Source: Paraspadella gotoi (Eukaryota; Animalia; Chaetognatha). Taken from it: a DNA stretch of 64,000 bases. The notes beneath the pieces were generated by a model that had not been told where the DNA came from, did no database searches, and was given only the letters and a program-made list of their open reading frames with translations. This document shows, in pieces, positions 1-11,972 of the stretch. A program made the position numbers and the translations under genes. Positions within the stretch are counted from its first letter, which is position 1; the number at the start of each line of letters is the position of its first letter. The DNA lies in NCBI GenBank assembly GCA_051294375.1, contig CM119266.1:8456606-8520605 (forward strand). Direction: 5' to 3'.

Positions 1-3000
1 ACTCAGCGTCACGCGAGGTCCACCACTTGTACAAGGGTTCAACACCCTCGCGAAACTGAGACAAGATGGCGTCGGCGTCGCTTTCCGCCGAACTCCGTGT
101 TGGCATGACGATGAGAGGGCGCCAGAAAGGCTTGAGGCGGGAGGAAGATAGTGAAAGAGGAGATGGAAGAGGAGGCGGCAGTGGAGGGATATGGAGATCC
201 CTCCCAGCCGAGACGGGGATTTTGTAATGACTGCAAAGGAAAGAATTTTAGAAGTTGAAAATCGAATTTGAGTGAAAATTCGCGGGTTGGAAATTTTGGG
301 TGGGAAAAAAATTAAAAAAAAAAGGAGTAAATGCAAGTTGAGAGGAAAATTGTTGGGAAATCCAAGCAGAGAGGGGAAGGTGAGTAGTTTATTTTTTTAG
401 TTCCAGTTTTTCACTCTTCTCACTAGCGCGAGCCACACGGAGCTTCTTTCCTATCCCACTCTTTTTTTATTTTTTCATCCCCTGTTCCCCTCTCTTCATC
501 GAGTTTTCAGGAATTTGTTCACCAAAAGAGCAGAGAGAGAGATCATTTGATTCCGGAGTCCTTGGGGGAGCAGTAAGGCTTTTTCTTGATCTACCCCACC
601 ATTTATTTATTGGCAGACTTATTCAAGTCTCATTTATTCCTCCCGTCCCTTAGAGAACACCGACGACTTCCGCACCAGCCAGCCACAGCCAAGATGAATA
701 ATCAGCAAAGAACAAAATTTATACAAAAGCAAAAACCACGACAACTAAAACTAAAAAATCAATTTAAAAAGAAAAGAAACAAGAAGAATAACCTGTTTTT
801 CGATAAGATCGCTTCCGCCCAACTGCCGAAGACAAGATTTAAGGAAAACGGTGGAAATGATGTAATGACCAGAGCGGACCCAAATCGCAAAAAAATTTTT
901 CGCTGACACATCGATGAGGAAAGAAATTCAATCTTGAAAATGGATGAACGTCAGCACGAAATCCAGACGTCACTTGGGGCAACGCAATCGTCGTGCACAG
1001 TGGCGTGCGCCCACACACGCAACGCCAGCTCGCACACAGACCGGGATGCTTGGCCGCAAAAAAATCGTACACAGATCGACACCGCGCTGAATAGACATTA
1101 CTTATCAGTCATATAAGAAACCAAGTCTGATTGAACAAATTGATACTAAAAAAATAAAATTTGAGAAAAGAAAATTAATTTATAAACAAAGAAAAATTAA
1201 TTTTGCGATTGTAAATTAAAAAAATATAATAATACCGAGGAGAATTAATATGTTCTAAATATAAAACTATACAAAAAGTAGTTTTTCTTTTGGTCATTGT
1301 CAATTTCATCTGTCATAAAACTGATTTTCAGCAGAAACGGCAGTCCCCTGAGAAAAAGAAAAATTTGAGTAGAAGGGGAAAGAAAATTTTAATTTATAAA
1401 CAAAAGAAAAAATTTCTTTTTTTGTGATTGTCAAATTAAAAAAAATAATAAAAGTATCGAGAGAAAATAAAGTTACAGTTTTCTGAAAAAAAAAAAGAAA
1501 AAAATTATTTTCAAAAAATCAACTTTCAGGCAGATGCAGCCCTGAGAAAAAACAAGTTGACAAACAATGTCGGATCTTGCCTACGATAATTAATTAATTG
1601 ATTTAATTAATAAATTTTAAAAATTAATTTAATTTATAAAATTATTCATCGAGACTTGTCATCACCTCGATGTCATAAAAAATTTGAAAGTCAGGACAGT
1701 TATTAAATGTTTTGGTTTTAACATTTTATATCAAAAAACAAAACAAATTCTGATCCCATATTTTTTATTTTTATGTCCTCCCTTCTCTCTCTCTCGTCAC
1801 AGGTCTCTCTCTCTCTTCTTTCCCCTCTCTCCTCTCTTTTTATGCAATTGCGACGATCCTTATAGCTTTTAAGATATTTTTTTAACTTGCATCATTTTTT
1901 CAACTTGCATAATTTTTTCAACTTGCATTCCGTCAAAACTTTATCTTGCCTTCCACTACTTTCCTACCGGCTCACAAGAAGTTTGAATCGAATGCGGCGA
2001 CCTCTCTCTAAACACTGTCCGAAGCCATTCCCCAGATAAAAGAACAAAGTGAAGACTTGAATCAGGCTGACGAAGTAAAGTAAAGAGTAAAGTGAAATAA
2101 AAACCCGATGTTATTACTATAGCAAAATGAATAACACACGAATGCCGAATGCCAATTTTAACCGAGTTACAATCCGCAATGTTCATATTTTTTTTTTTTA
2201 AATAAAAAAAGAGAGAGAGAGAGAAAAGGCGAACAAGAAAATCAACATGGCAGCGGCAGAAGCATGCAGGAAGAAAAGAGAGAAAGGAGAGCCCTGCAGA
2301 GCAGCTGCCAGAACCTCAAAAGGCAGCCATGCATGAAAAAGCAAGCAGGAAGAAAATGAGAAAAAGAATAAACCCCTGCAGAGACAGCTGCAGACTCGTT
2401 TTTTTTTCCCGAACTATTGATTATGGAAATATCAGTGAATACGGGAAAAGAGAGAGGGAGAGAGCATGTAATTCAAAAGAAAAAGAGAGAGAGAGAGAGC
2501 AATATGGAAAATAAAAAGGACAGGAAATTTGTTTCTGTTTTGATAAAAAAAACGTAAACAAATAACATATTTAATAACTGTCAGAAGATCATTTTAAGGC
2601 ACATCGATGATGAGAAGCTGTAAATATAAAGTTTTCAGCTTCATAAAACCCAAATTTTTTAATTAATTCATAAAAAAAGGCAATCTATTTAATTTGGAAC
2701 GCCAACCGACGAACGAACAACGTGCCGTTTAAAGAAAAAAGTGTTACCAATATCGTCGCAAATGCCTTTTAGCGATTGCCGACGATAAAAAAGAAAAAAT
2801 AAAAGGCACGCATCAGAAGGCAGCAGGAGAAAAAAAAAGGAAAAAAAAGAGAGCCCCTGCAGAGCCAGCCTGCAGACTCGTTTTTTTTTCCCCAGTAATC
2901 AGTAATTAGGGAAAAGAGAGCGGGAGAGAGACATATAATTAAGAAGAGAAAAGGAGAGAAGAAAAGAAATATAAAAATAAAAAGAAAGAAAATTTGTTTT

Positions 3001-3346
3001 TGTTTTGACACTAAAAATGTAAAAAAAACATATTTAAAATAAAAACTGTCCCTGGACTCAATTTTTAAGCACGAAAATGATGATCGATGAATCATAGAGA
3101 AGCTGTATAAATAATAAAATTTTTCTGCTCAAACACCCAAATTTAATAAAAAAAAAGGCATCTATAATTTGGACCGCCGACGGGTAGAAACGACAACAAC
3201 TACCGTGAGACGCCAAACTTATGTGCAAATCACAGAAGCATGAAAATCGATAAAAATAGTGTTTCTTAATTTTTTTTTAACGCGACAGCTATTAGTTCTG
3301 GACATTATTATAAATTATCTACAGAAATTGTTAACGATTTCTTCAG

Positions 3347-3478
3347 GACGAGACGGGCACTCCATCTCTAGACGAGATCCTCTACGGTCATTTGTCTCTG
3401 TCTCGCTACGAATTCCACGTCGACGATCGAATCTTCGTCGACGGAGATTTTGATCTCCCGACGACAGGAAGAGATTGA
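3347..3478 (+). CDS. Probable terminal coding exon of an unidentified gene entering from the left (DETGTPSLDEILYGHLSLSRYEFHVDDRIFVDGDFDLPTTGRD*)
   Basis: GC-rich island after the acceptor ttcttcAG (3345-3346); 43 open codons then TGA at 3476-3478. A candidate upstream donor AAG|GTGAGT lies at 379/380. No domain recognised. Confidence 0.4.
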   Translation, partial: DETGTPSLDEILYGHLSLSRYEFHVDDRIFVDGDFDLPTTGRD

Positions 3479-3578
3479 GCGCCGATTTGGTGCCAATTGA
3501 GCGCCGATTTGGATTCTATTGAGCGCCGATTTGGATTCTATTGAGCGCCGATTTGGCGCCGTTCGGGCGCCTATTGAG
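3475..3578. repeat. ~22-bp tandem minisatellite (attgagcgccgatttggattct)
   Basis: 4-5 visible copies starting at the stop codon of the preceding exon. Confidence 0.85.
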
Positions 3579-3789
3579 ATGTAACCACTTTTTCCGTAAT
3601 TTTACTACAATTTTCATTTAGGGAAAAACGTCTGTAATTTTAATAGATATCTGCTCATATTTTGTATATTTAATCTTTAAGAGGTGCTTTTTTATAATAA
3701 TTTTAAATTAACCTGCAAAAGTTCAATATTTTTTTAACTCTGTTGTTTGATATATTAGTTTAGTTTTAATATGATCTAAAAATCAAGAC

Positions 3790-3792
<3 letters not shown>

Positions 3793-3852
<60 letters not shown>

Positions 3853-3985
3853 AAAAACGAACAAAGAATTCTCTCTCCTTTACTAATACTTCCCCTAAAT
3901 TCTTGGCACTTGCTCTTTTTAAAGCTCTCCTTTGATTGGCGCCGTTCCAAGCAACTTCTCTTTCCTTGACTTGACATTTACTGTA

Positions 3986-4050
<65 letters not shown>
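3793..4050. repeat. (AG)n and (CT)n microsatellites, representative of many across the window
   Basis: (AG)n at ~3793-3848 and (CT)n at ~3991-4050. Similar tracts occur at ~6150, 10860, 11420, 15370, 16110, 16510, 24050, 27770, 30970, 32690, 33850, 34020, 37310, 37560, 42670, 49230 and 60790. Confidence 0.95.
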
Positions 4051-4052
<2 letters not shown>

Positions 4053-4102
4053 CTCGTCCCCCAACGGATTTGGGTCTAGAAACCCAGGAGAATTGAGCTT
4101 TG

Positions 4103-4136
<34 letters not shown>

Positions 4137-4439
4137 CGTTCGAAAAGGGCAGTTTTCTCGTTAGGGGACGGCGCGCACCTAATATAATAATGCATAGATA
4201 ATGCATACATAATACATCCATCTTCCCGAGTTTGTAAAATTTTAAACTATTTTGATTTTCGATTTGAGAATTATGGCGAAAAGCAAATTGGATTATAACA
4301 TACTAGATCAAAGATATGCTGCTAAGATTTGAAGTAGTTTTGTCAGTCCGACACAGTTATCTTCAATGGTCTTACACTTTACATTGCATCGATAATAACA
4401 ATTCACCTTCAACTTTTACATTTTCTTAATCTTCTCACT

Positions 4440-4615
4440 TCAGCATCGCTCTATCTCCTTACTCCAGCATATCTCTTTACTCCAGCATACCTCCATCTCC
4501 AATCTCTAGCATTGCTCCAGCATCGCTATATCCCCTCGCTCCAACATCGCTCTCTTCCCTAGATCCAGCATAGCTCCAGCATCGCTCTATCCCCTCGCTC
4601 CAGCATCGCTCCAGA
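4440..4615. repeat. Degenerate tandem repeat (tccagcatcgctctat-like)
   Basis: Recurring ctccagcatcgct motif. Confidence 0.7.
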
Positions 4616-6166
4616 CTCGACCCAATTTTCGTGACATCGGCTCCGCGTCAGCTGTCGCTTCTGACGGCCATTGCTTCCTGGAGGAGGAGGAGGAGGAGGA
4701 GGAAGAAGAGGAGGGGAGAATAGAGAATGGAGGAGGGAGGAGGAAGAGGAAGAGGAGGAAAATAAGGAGAAAGAGGAATGAGAGGAGGGGAGGTTGAAAG
4801 AAAGAAGATACGAAAAAAGGTAATATTAAAAGCTAATAAAAGAAAAAAGGTAAAAAAGATAGTATGAAAAATGTGAGGTAATATTAAAAGCTAATAAAAG
4901 AAAAAAGAAAAAAAATAGGAGGTAGAAGAGAAAGAAAGATAATACAAGAGGTCGAGGGGATCTTGAAAAAGAGCCTTACAATTAATTGTTTTGTTACAAT
5001 TAGTTAACCGATTCGATAACGAAGTAGTAGTTAGGAAAAGAGGAAAGCAAAAGGAAAACAGACAGAGATATAAGGTTATCTCAACGTTGTTTCTTGCCTT
5101 AATAAAAGGAATTTTAATTGCAAATAGTTCTAGCCTCAAAATGAATTAACCTATTTGATATACAGTGAGGTAGAATAGATAGACTGAGAGAAAAGTAGAA
5201 GAAAAACGAAAAGAAGGAAATCAGGAAGAGAAAGAGGAAGATAAGGAAAAAGAGAGAAAGAGAGAAAGAGAAAGAGGAAGATTAGAAGAAGGAGAGAAAC
5301 CGACGAGGAACGGACGACCGCGAGAAAAGACGACGACGACGACGACGACGATGAGGACGATGAGGACGACGAGGACGAGAAAAACGAAGATACATTTCCT
5401 TCTCTCAAAACGTCCGGCGGAGGATTTTGAATCCTCGGGATCTCTCAGAAAAAAAAAATAAAAGACAAATGACGAAGGGGGACGACGGTAAGGAGAAATA
5501 AATGACAAATACGACAGACGAATGAGAATCGGACAAAAAATAATGACGAAATGACCAAGGAAAATTAAATTTTATTTTAAATGTCAAAAGTTGCAACGAT
5601 GAAAATTAAACAAATAATTAAACATTTTGACCCCCCAAAAAATACGTCCAATGAACCGGTGAAGCAAATTGTCAACAATTGGAAAATGGCTCGAAAACGA
5701 GGTTAAATTTTTTTAGTCTTAACCAGTATTCATAAACCGTACTTATAAAACAGTCAAATGAACCAATTACCGAGGAAAATTTCAAAAAAAAAAAAAGCGG
5801 TGAAAAATGATTTTTTTTTAAATATACCATTAAAAATTTACATATTTACATCGAACGTGAAATTTTTAAACGAGAAAATCACATATAAAAATACAAATAA
5901 AAAAAAAGAAAAAACAAGAATTTTCTTAATTTTTTTCGTTTTGGATCAAATTTATTTTTTTCTTTTTCGATTTATTTCTTCTTTCCTTCTCTTTTCGTTA
6001 TCATTTCTTCCATTTCTCCTCTCTCTCTTTCTCTCTCTTTCTCTCTCTTAGTCTTGTATCTCATTTTCTTACTTTATTTCCTTCTCTCTTGTGTTACTCC
6101 AACTCCTTCCCTATTCTTGTCTCTCTCTCATGCGCAATGTTTGTAAATCTCTCTCTCTCTCTGTCG

Positions 6167-6222
<56 letters not shown>

Positions 6223-7208
6223 AATTGTATTCTGTTTTCGCAAAAACAAACATTGATTTATATTCAGCGCGAGACGCGAGTATCGGAAGAAAAGACCGAG
6301 TGCAAACATATGCAATAACTGAAAAGAGCAAATGCAAACACGTGCAGTGACTTGAAAAAGCAAATGCAAACACATACAGTGACTTAAAATAGTAATTTCA
6401 ACCATATGCAATAACTAAATAAGATAAATACAATCACATGCAGAGGACTCAGTGACTTGAAAAAGCAAAATTCAAAAATATGCAAAAACTGCAAAGAGAA
6501 AATGCATAAAAATATAAAGGGACAAGAATGACTAATTGAGTATTTTCTGCATTTACAAATAAACATTTACTCAAAACGACACGACCCATCCACCAAAATA
6601 TATTTAATTTTTAACATTTTACGGATTGAAATAATTGTTTGAAAACAAAGGAAATCGATGTCGGATAGGTAGATGAAAATGCCATTCGGTTATTTTTCAG
6701 TCAAGTTCAAGTGAACAACTGAAAGAGAATGACTTCCGAATTTTTTTAAAAAAAGCGACTCTGCATTTTGATTTGAGGCTTTTAAATTAAATGGAATAAT
6801 TTTTACGACGCTCAGAACCTTGAGCACTGTGAGCACTGTGAGCACTGCCAACGATGGCGATGCAAAGTCGGAGAAAGGGGAAAAATATGAAATATCATAA
6901 AAATTGGGACCGCATGTATAAAATTTAAAAAAACATAACAAAACGGTGAAAAAAAATTTTAAAAGAGAAACAAATTGGAAAAAAATGGAAACCGAAAGGA
7001 ATCAAATTCGAAGGCGAATAAATTCGAACAAAAAAAAACAACCAAAAAAAGAGAGAAAATAGAAAAAAATTAGAAGAAATTTAATTTGAAATTTTATTGG
7101 ATTCAACTGGGAGATTGCATCGTAATGAGATTGGAAGGCAAGAATGAAGGGAAACGAAAAAAAACTAAACGTGATAGGTATAAGGAAATAGCAATTTATG
7201 ATAAATAA

Positions 7209-8153
7209 TTAAGGTACATAATCCTTTTCTCCAGTTTCTTCCTTCTTTTTTCCTTTCAACAACGTCACCACGATGATGGCGACGAAGATGACGACCACTC
7301 CCACCGTCTCCAACGCCGTGGGAATCTCTCCAAAAAAAGCCATCGCCATGAGAGTCGTGGTCGCGATGGAACCCGCGCGTAGAACGTTTCCAAATATTCC
7401 CGCGAGACTTTCCTCAAATTCTTCCAACTCGGCACAACCGACCTGTTGCGCGAGTCTGTAGATGGTTGAGATGCCTCCTACGAGTGTCACGGCCACCAAC
7501 GCCGTCGATGGCGCAGACGAAAATCCTGAAAAATCGGCGACTCCGAAGCACACGACGGCGATGGCGCTACTGAAGATCCAACGGAAGACAAGAAAGTTGG
7601 ACCAGTGTTCATCAGCGATGGCGCCATAAAAGAAAGGGGTCATCATTGCAGTCACTGCGTGAAAGAATGCAAAGAGGTAAGACCAGAATGGCGCTGAGAA
7701 TGGCACGCCAAAGAGAAAGGGCGGATGTGTCACCAGCAGCAGGCCTATTGTTACAGCTATGACGCCACCAACATCGACGGCCTCTATGCATTGTCGACGC
7801 AGTGCTGTCATTAAAAATGGTGAAAAGAGAACGCCAGAGCAGGATATAGCGGAGTAGGCGCTCAGCGGCATGACGGCTGCAGCGGAGCGCCAAAGGATGA
7901 TGCCTATGTTGATCATAAAAGCAAAGGCAAAAAATAAGGCCCAACGTTTCGGCTTGGTCACAGTCCAGTGGCGCCATGCAAATGGGATGAGGGGTATAGT
8001 TGTAATAGTCTCTCCAATGAAAATAAAAACATAAGCGATGGGAGTTGACAGCGGCGACGAAGTTCGAAAGATGTTGCTGCTGACGCTGCGGAGCAGCACG
8101 AAACAGCAGAGGAAGAAAACGCCCAACGCGAGATTGACAAGGGAGCGGGCCAT
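7209..8153 (-). CDS. EamA/DMT-superfamily membrane transporter, SLC35G-like, single exon, 314 aa
   Basis: Intact ATG-to-TAA ORF with about 10 hydrophobic helices in two repeats. Motifs GLLLVTHPPFLFG (typical of SLC35G) and FFGEIPTALETVGVVVI (end of an EamA repeat), plus a basic/acidic C-terminal tail. Confidence 0.85.
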   Translation of the reverse strand: MARSLVNLALGVFFLCCFVLLRSVSSNIFRTSSPLSTPIAYVFIFIGETITTIPLIPFAWRHWTVTKPKRWALFFAFAFMINIGIILWRSAAAVMPLSAYSAISCSGVLFSPFLMTALRRQCIEAVDVGGVIAVTIGLLLVTHPPFLFGVPFSAPFWSYLFAFFHAVTAMMTPFFYGAIADEHWSNFLVFRWIFSSAIAVVCFGVADFSGFSSAPSTALVAVTLVGGISTIYRLAQQVGCAELEEFEESLAGIFGNVLRAGSIATTTLMAMAFFGEIPTALETVGVVVIFVAIIVVTLLKGKKKEETGEKDYVP

Positions 8154-9999
8154 GAGTAGAAATGTGCTCTCTTGAGAATTATTCCAGTGGAACTGTAAAT
8201 TAAGGGAGTGGCCTTTTCATACAATTAAAACATTCTTTGAAACATTATACCACTTCATTGATAGGTACTCTGGGAGTGAATAAACGAGACTGTGATAGAG
8301 TCTTGATTGAAAGCATGAAGGGACCTCCTATGTCATTATCTTGTAAGAGTGATGGAGGCCTTAAACCACCAAAGCCTGTCCAAAGTCAGGGGCAAGATAG
8401 CTTATTGATTAAATGAATGGATAATTTTTATATTGGTTGTACCAATTTCATAAACAATATCTTTCTTCAGTGGAAATTAAATGTTCATTTTTTGACATTA
8501 ATTCAATTTTGAAAGGCCATTGGCATCCACGTAGCCCTCCTGAATGGAGTTTTAAAGCAGTGATGATGCGTCCTATTATTTGGAGACAATCTTTTTATAT
8601 ACATAAACATTTTACTCGCCGTTTATTGTTATCTTACACTGCGGCGCAAAAAAAAGAAGACACTTTTTCACATGGAAAAAACCGTATTGGATGGCTGAAT
8701 TCTACTAAGGTATAGAAACGTAAAACAAAGCTTATTGAAAGATAAAGCAATTGGTCTAAGTCCCAATAAAATCGAGCAAAGCGTTCGAAAGTTATAGGAC
8801 GTCAAAATCGATTGGTACAAAAAATCGGGGAAAAAAAATTCGTTTTTTTTTTTAATTAACAAGAGTCAATAATTTTTCCCTATTATAAAATATTTATAAT
8901 ATAAAATTGGCTAAACAAATTCCGCATAGAATATCTGTAGGGATAGGTGTCAACCATTTTTGACCTAAATCAAATTAAAATAAGTAAAGAAACTACTTAA
9001 AAAAAAACAATCTTTTATCATCAGTCCGAAAAAAAAGTATCATCAACTTAACCTCCAAAAATCATTTTTTCCCCAATTCCGTTTTCAGACTCTGACTTTA
9101 AAATATTGCTGTATTCTACTGCCTGAACCAATTTATTTTTTTGCACCAATAGATTTTTAAAAAATATACATATTTATTTTAAATTAAAAAAGAAATAGTC
9201 GGGGTATTTTAGAGCTAACAAGCGTCTTCTTTTTTTTTTTTTTTTGCGTCGCAGAGTACCATGAAATAAATTAGATTTACCTTTAAGTGTTAAAATATCC
9301 AATTAAATCCAGAGAAGAATTTTTATCTTTCAAGTTTCTTTCTAATAAAACTTGTGGTTTTTAAGAGAAAAAGAAAACGGGTTTCTTCCTATAAGTGATA
9401 AGAGAGTTGAACAGGTTTTAAATTAAGACCTCGTGGGAAAATAAAATTCCGACGACGACGAACCAAAGTAAAGAACAATTTATCCAAGTCAAGCAACTTA
9501 TGGTTTTTTTTACTTATCTGTAAACTAAACTTAACCAGTGATTTGGAGTTGAAAGTGAAGTTGAAACGGACGGACGGAATGAAGATGAAGTAACTGAGCA
9601 ATCAAAACAGGGAGATGACTGGCTGATCCTACTAAAAATACGAAAAAAAAAAAATATTGAACAATTAGGAATAAATCCGGGAGAATCGTGTTAAAATATA
9701 GGATAATTAATAACGTATTTAAATACGGCAACTGAATTTAAATCTAGATGCTTTTAATTTAAATAACTCCGAACGGCTGCTATTCTCACTACTTTTTCGA
9801 GAAGAAAGAGAGACTCTTTTAAATGACAATTGAAAATTATGCTTAACTTTTTTTCGTACATGAACGTTGATATAATAACATTAAATACAAGAATAAAAAA
9901 CCACTTTTATCCATTGAGTATCGCCACTCATCGCCATTCAACCGGTCGCCAATGAATCCATCCTATCTTCTCCTTTAAATAATTCTCACCCATCGTCAA

Positions 10000-10320
10000 T
10001 CCCCATCTACCCTCTATCATCTGTTGCCCAACTACCCTCTGACCCTCTATCACCTGTTGACCACATATAAACAATCTGTTGCCAATCTACCCACTAACTC
10101 TCTACCACCTGTTGACCCCCTATAAACCATCGGTTGCCCATCTACCTACTAACCCCCTTCCCCATGTTGACCCTATAAGCCATCTGTTGCCCATCTACCC
10201 ACTGACCCTCTACCACCTGTTTACCACATATAAACCATATGTTGCCCATCAATGGGCCATCATCCCACTGACCCTTAAAAACCTGTTGACCTCATATAAA
10301 ACATCTGTTGCCCATTTCCC
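10000..10320. repeat. ~55-bp tandem minisatellite (cccatctacccactgaccctctaccacctgttgaccacatataaaccatctgttg)
   Basis: 5-6 imperfect copies visible. Confidence 0.8.
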
Positions 10321-10855
10321 GTAGATGCCTTCCCACACGCCTCCCCACAATTACAACCACATCCACCGACCCCCTTTACCCACAAACACCTAAATCTACC
10401 CACGAACCCCAACTTCTGCTGATTCGGACGGACTTTTTTTTCTATTTTTTTGCGTCTTTTGCTGACGAATTTTGCGCCGGCAAAGCAGCTGTCGTCGTCG
10501 TCGTCGTTGTCGTCGTTATCGTCGACTTCATCGTCGTTTGTTACGTTGTCATTGTCATAAAACCGTCTCATCGCCTTTGTCGTCGTTGCCAACCCTTCAG
10601 CAGCCTTTGTTTTTGTTTCTATCATCGCTATCGTCGTTTACGTCATCGTCGTCGTCGTCGTCATCGTCTTTGACTCGCGTGTCCCAACGGAGATTCCTCT
10701 TCTTAAAATCGCAAAGGGGAGCAAAAACCTCTCTGTCTCTCTTTCTCTTTCTATCTTTCTCTTTCTCTCTGTCTCTCTCTCTTCCTCTCTCTCTCTCCCC
10801 CTCTTTTTCTTTGCCTATCTGTCTCTCTCTATGTTTATCTTTCTGTCTCTCCTGG

Positions 10856-10917
<62 letters not shown>

Positions 10918-11416
10918 CCTACGTATTCAGCCTTCAGTCAAAATCTATTCGTGGTTTCAGGCACGCACGCGCTTAGCACGTGACCGAACACGCTCGTGCC
11001 CGGTCGTTCACGTGCGCGGGTTAAATCTCAAGGGGGGGGGCATTTTCCTTCTCCGCTTACTCTTCGCCTTTTTTTGTCAGGCTCCATCTCTGTCTCGCTA
11101 CTTTCTGTCACATATCTCTCACATTCATTTCTGTCCTTCATATCTTTCTGTCTCTCTCATATCTATCAGTCTCTCTTTCTTTCCCGCTTTTTTCTGTCCT
11201 CCCTTTCTGTCCGCTCTTTTCTGTCCTCCCTCTCTGTCGCGTTCTTTTCTGTCCTCCCTTTCTGTCCCGCTCTTTTCTGTCCTCCCTTTTTCTCCCGCTC
11301 CTATTTGTCCTCCCTCTCTATTCCCTCTTTTCTATCTCCTTACTCAAATACTCACTCTCTTTTCTGTCTCTCACCTTTCCCTTCTTTTTATCTCCTTTTT
11401 ATCGCCATTTTTTTTA

Positions 11417-11478
<62 letters not shown>

Positions 11479-11718
11479 CTCTCTATCTAAAGCATTTCCC
11501 AATTTTTTTCCCCAGGTAACCGTCAGCCACAAAACCGGATTTAAATTTTTTAAAAATAAGCATTCTAAATACTAAAACAGATTATCATTATTTTCAAAAA
11601 ATTGTAAATAGGAAACAAAATTTAAAGAATAAAACGAAACAAAGAAAGGCTTCCAATCAAGTTTGACAACAACGAAAAAAGATTTTCCAACAAAATCTAC
11701 ATCATCGACGGATCGAAT

Positions 11719-11745
11719 GTCACGTGATCTAACGATTCACGTGAT
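11719..11745 (+). promoter_or_regulatory. E-box (CACGTG) pair upstream of the DUSP start codon
   Basis: GTCACGTGAT at 11719-11728 and TCACGTGA at 11737-11744, about 210-230 bp upstream of ATG 11952. Further CACGTG at 10977, 11009 and 12265. Confidence 0.4.
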
Positions 11746-11951
11746 CCGGAATTCCTCGTGACTTTTTCTCGTCCGGTTGATTTCCTTTCTCCCTTTTTTT
11801 TTCTGCGATGGAAAAATAACAAAAATAACTGAAAAGAAAAAAAACTGATATCGGATTTTTTTTTTTTTGACAAAAAAAAAATCAGAGAGAAAACATGAAA
11901 AAATAAAGAAAAAAAGAAAACAAACGAAACAAAACTTGTTTTTTTATCAAA

Positions 11952-11972
11952 ATGGGGAACGGGATGAATAAG
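11952..11972 (+). CDS. DUSP22: DUSP22-like first coding micro-exon, MGNGMNK (N-myristoylation Gly2)
   Basis: ATGGGGAACGGGATGAATAAG|GTGAGT. This matches the known DUSP22 N-terminus and joins in phase 0 to 32350. Confidence 0.9.

Noticed and set aside
1-379. GC-rich segment ending in a strong donor AAG|GTGAGT, with a GFCNDC peptide
   Set aside because: All three plus frames contain stops. It may be an error-laden exon, but no product can be supported.
2230-3200. Two diverged ~450-bp tandem copies (ccctgcagag...gcagactcgttttttt)
   Set aside because: Old non-coding local duplication with no coding or element hallmarks.
10472-11575. 367-aa ORF and other SLSLSL/ERERER/RRRR ORFs
   Set aside because: Translations of (CT)n, (AG)n and (GTC)n microsatellites, not genes.
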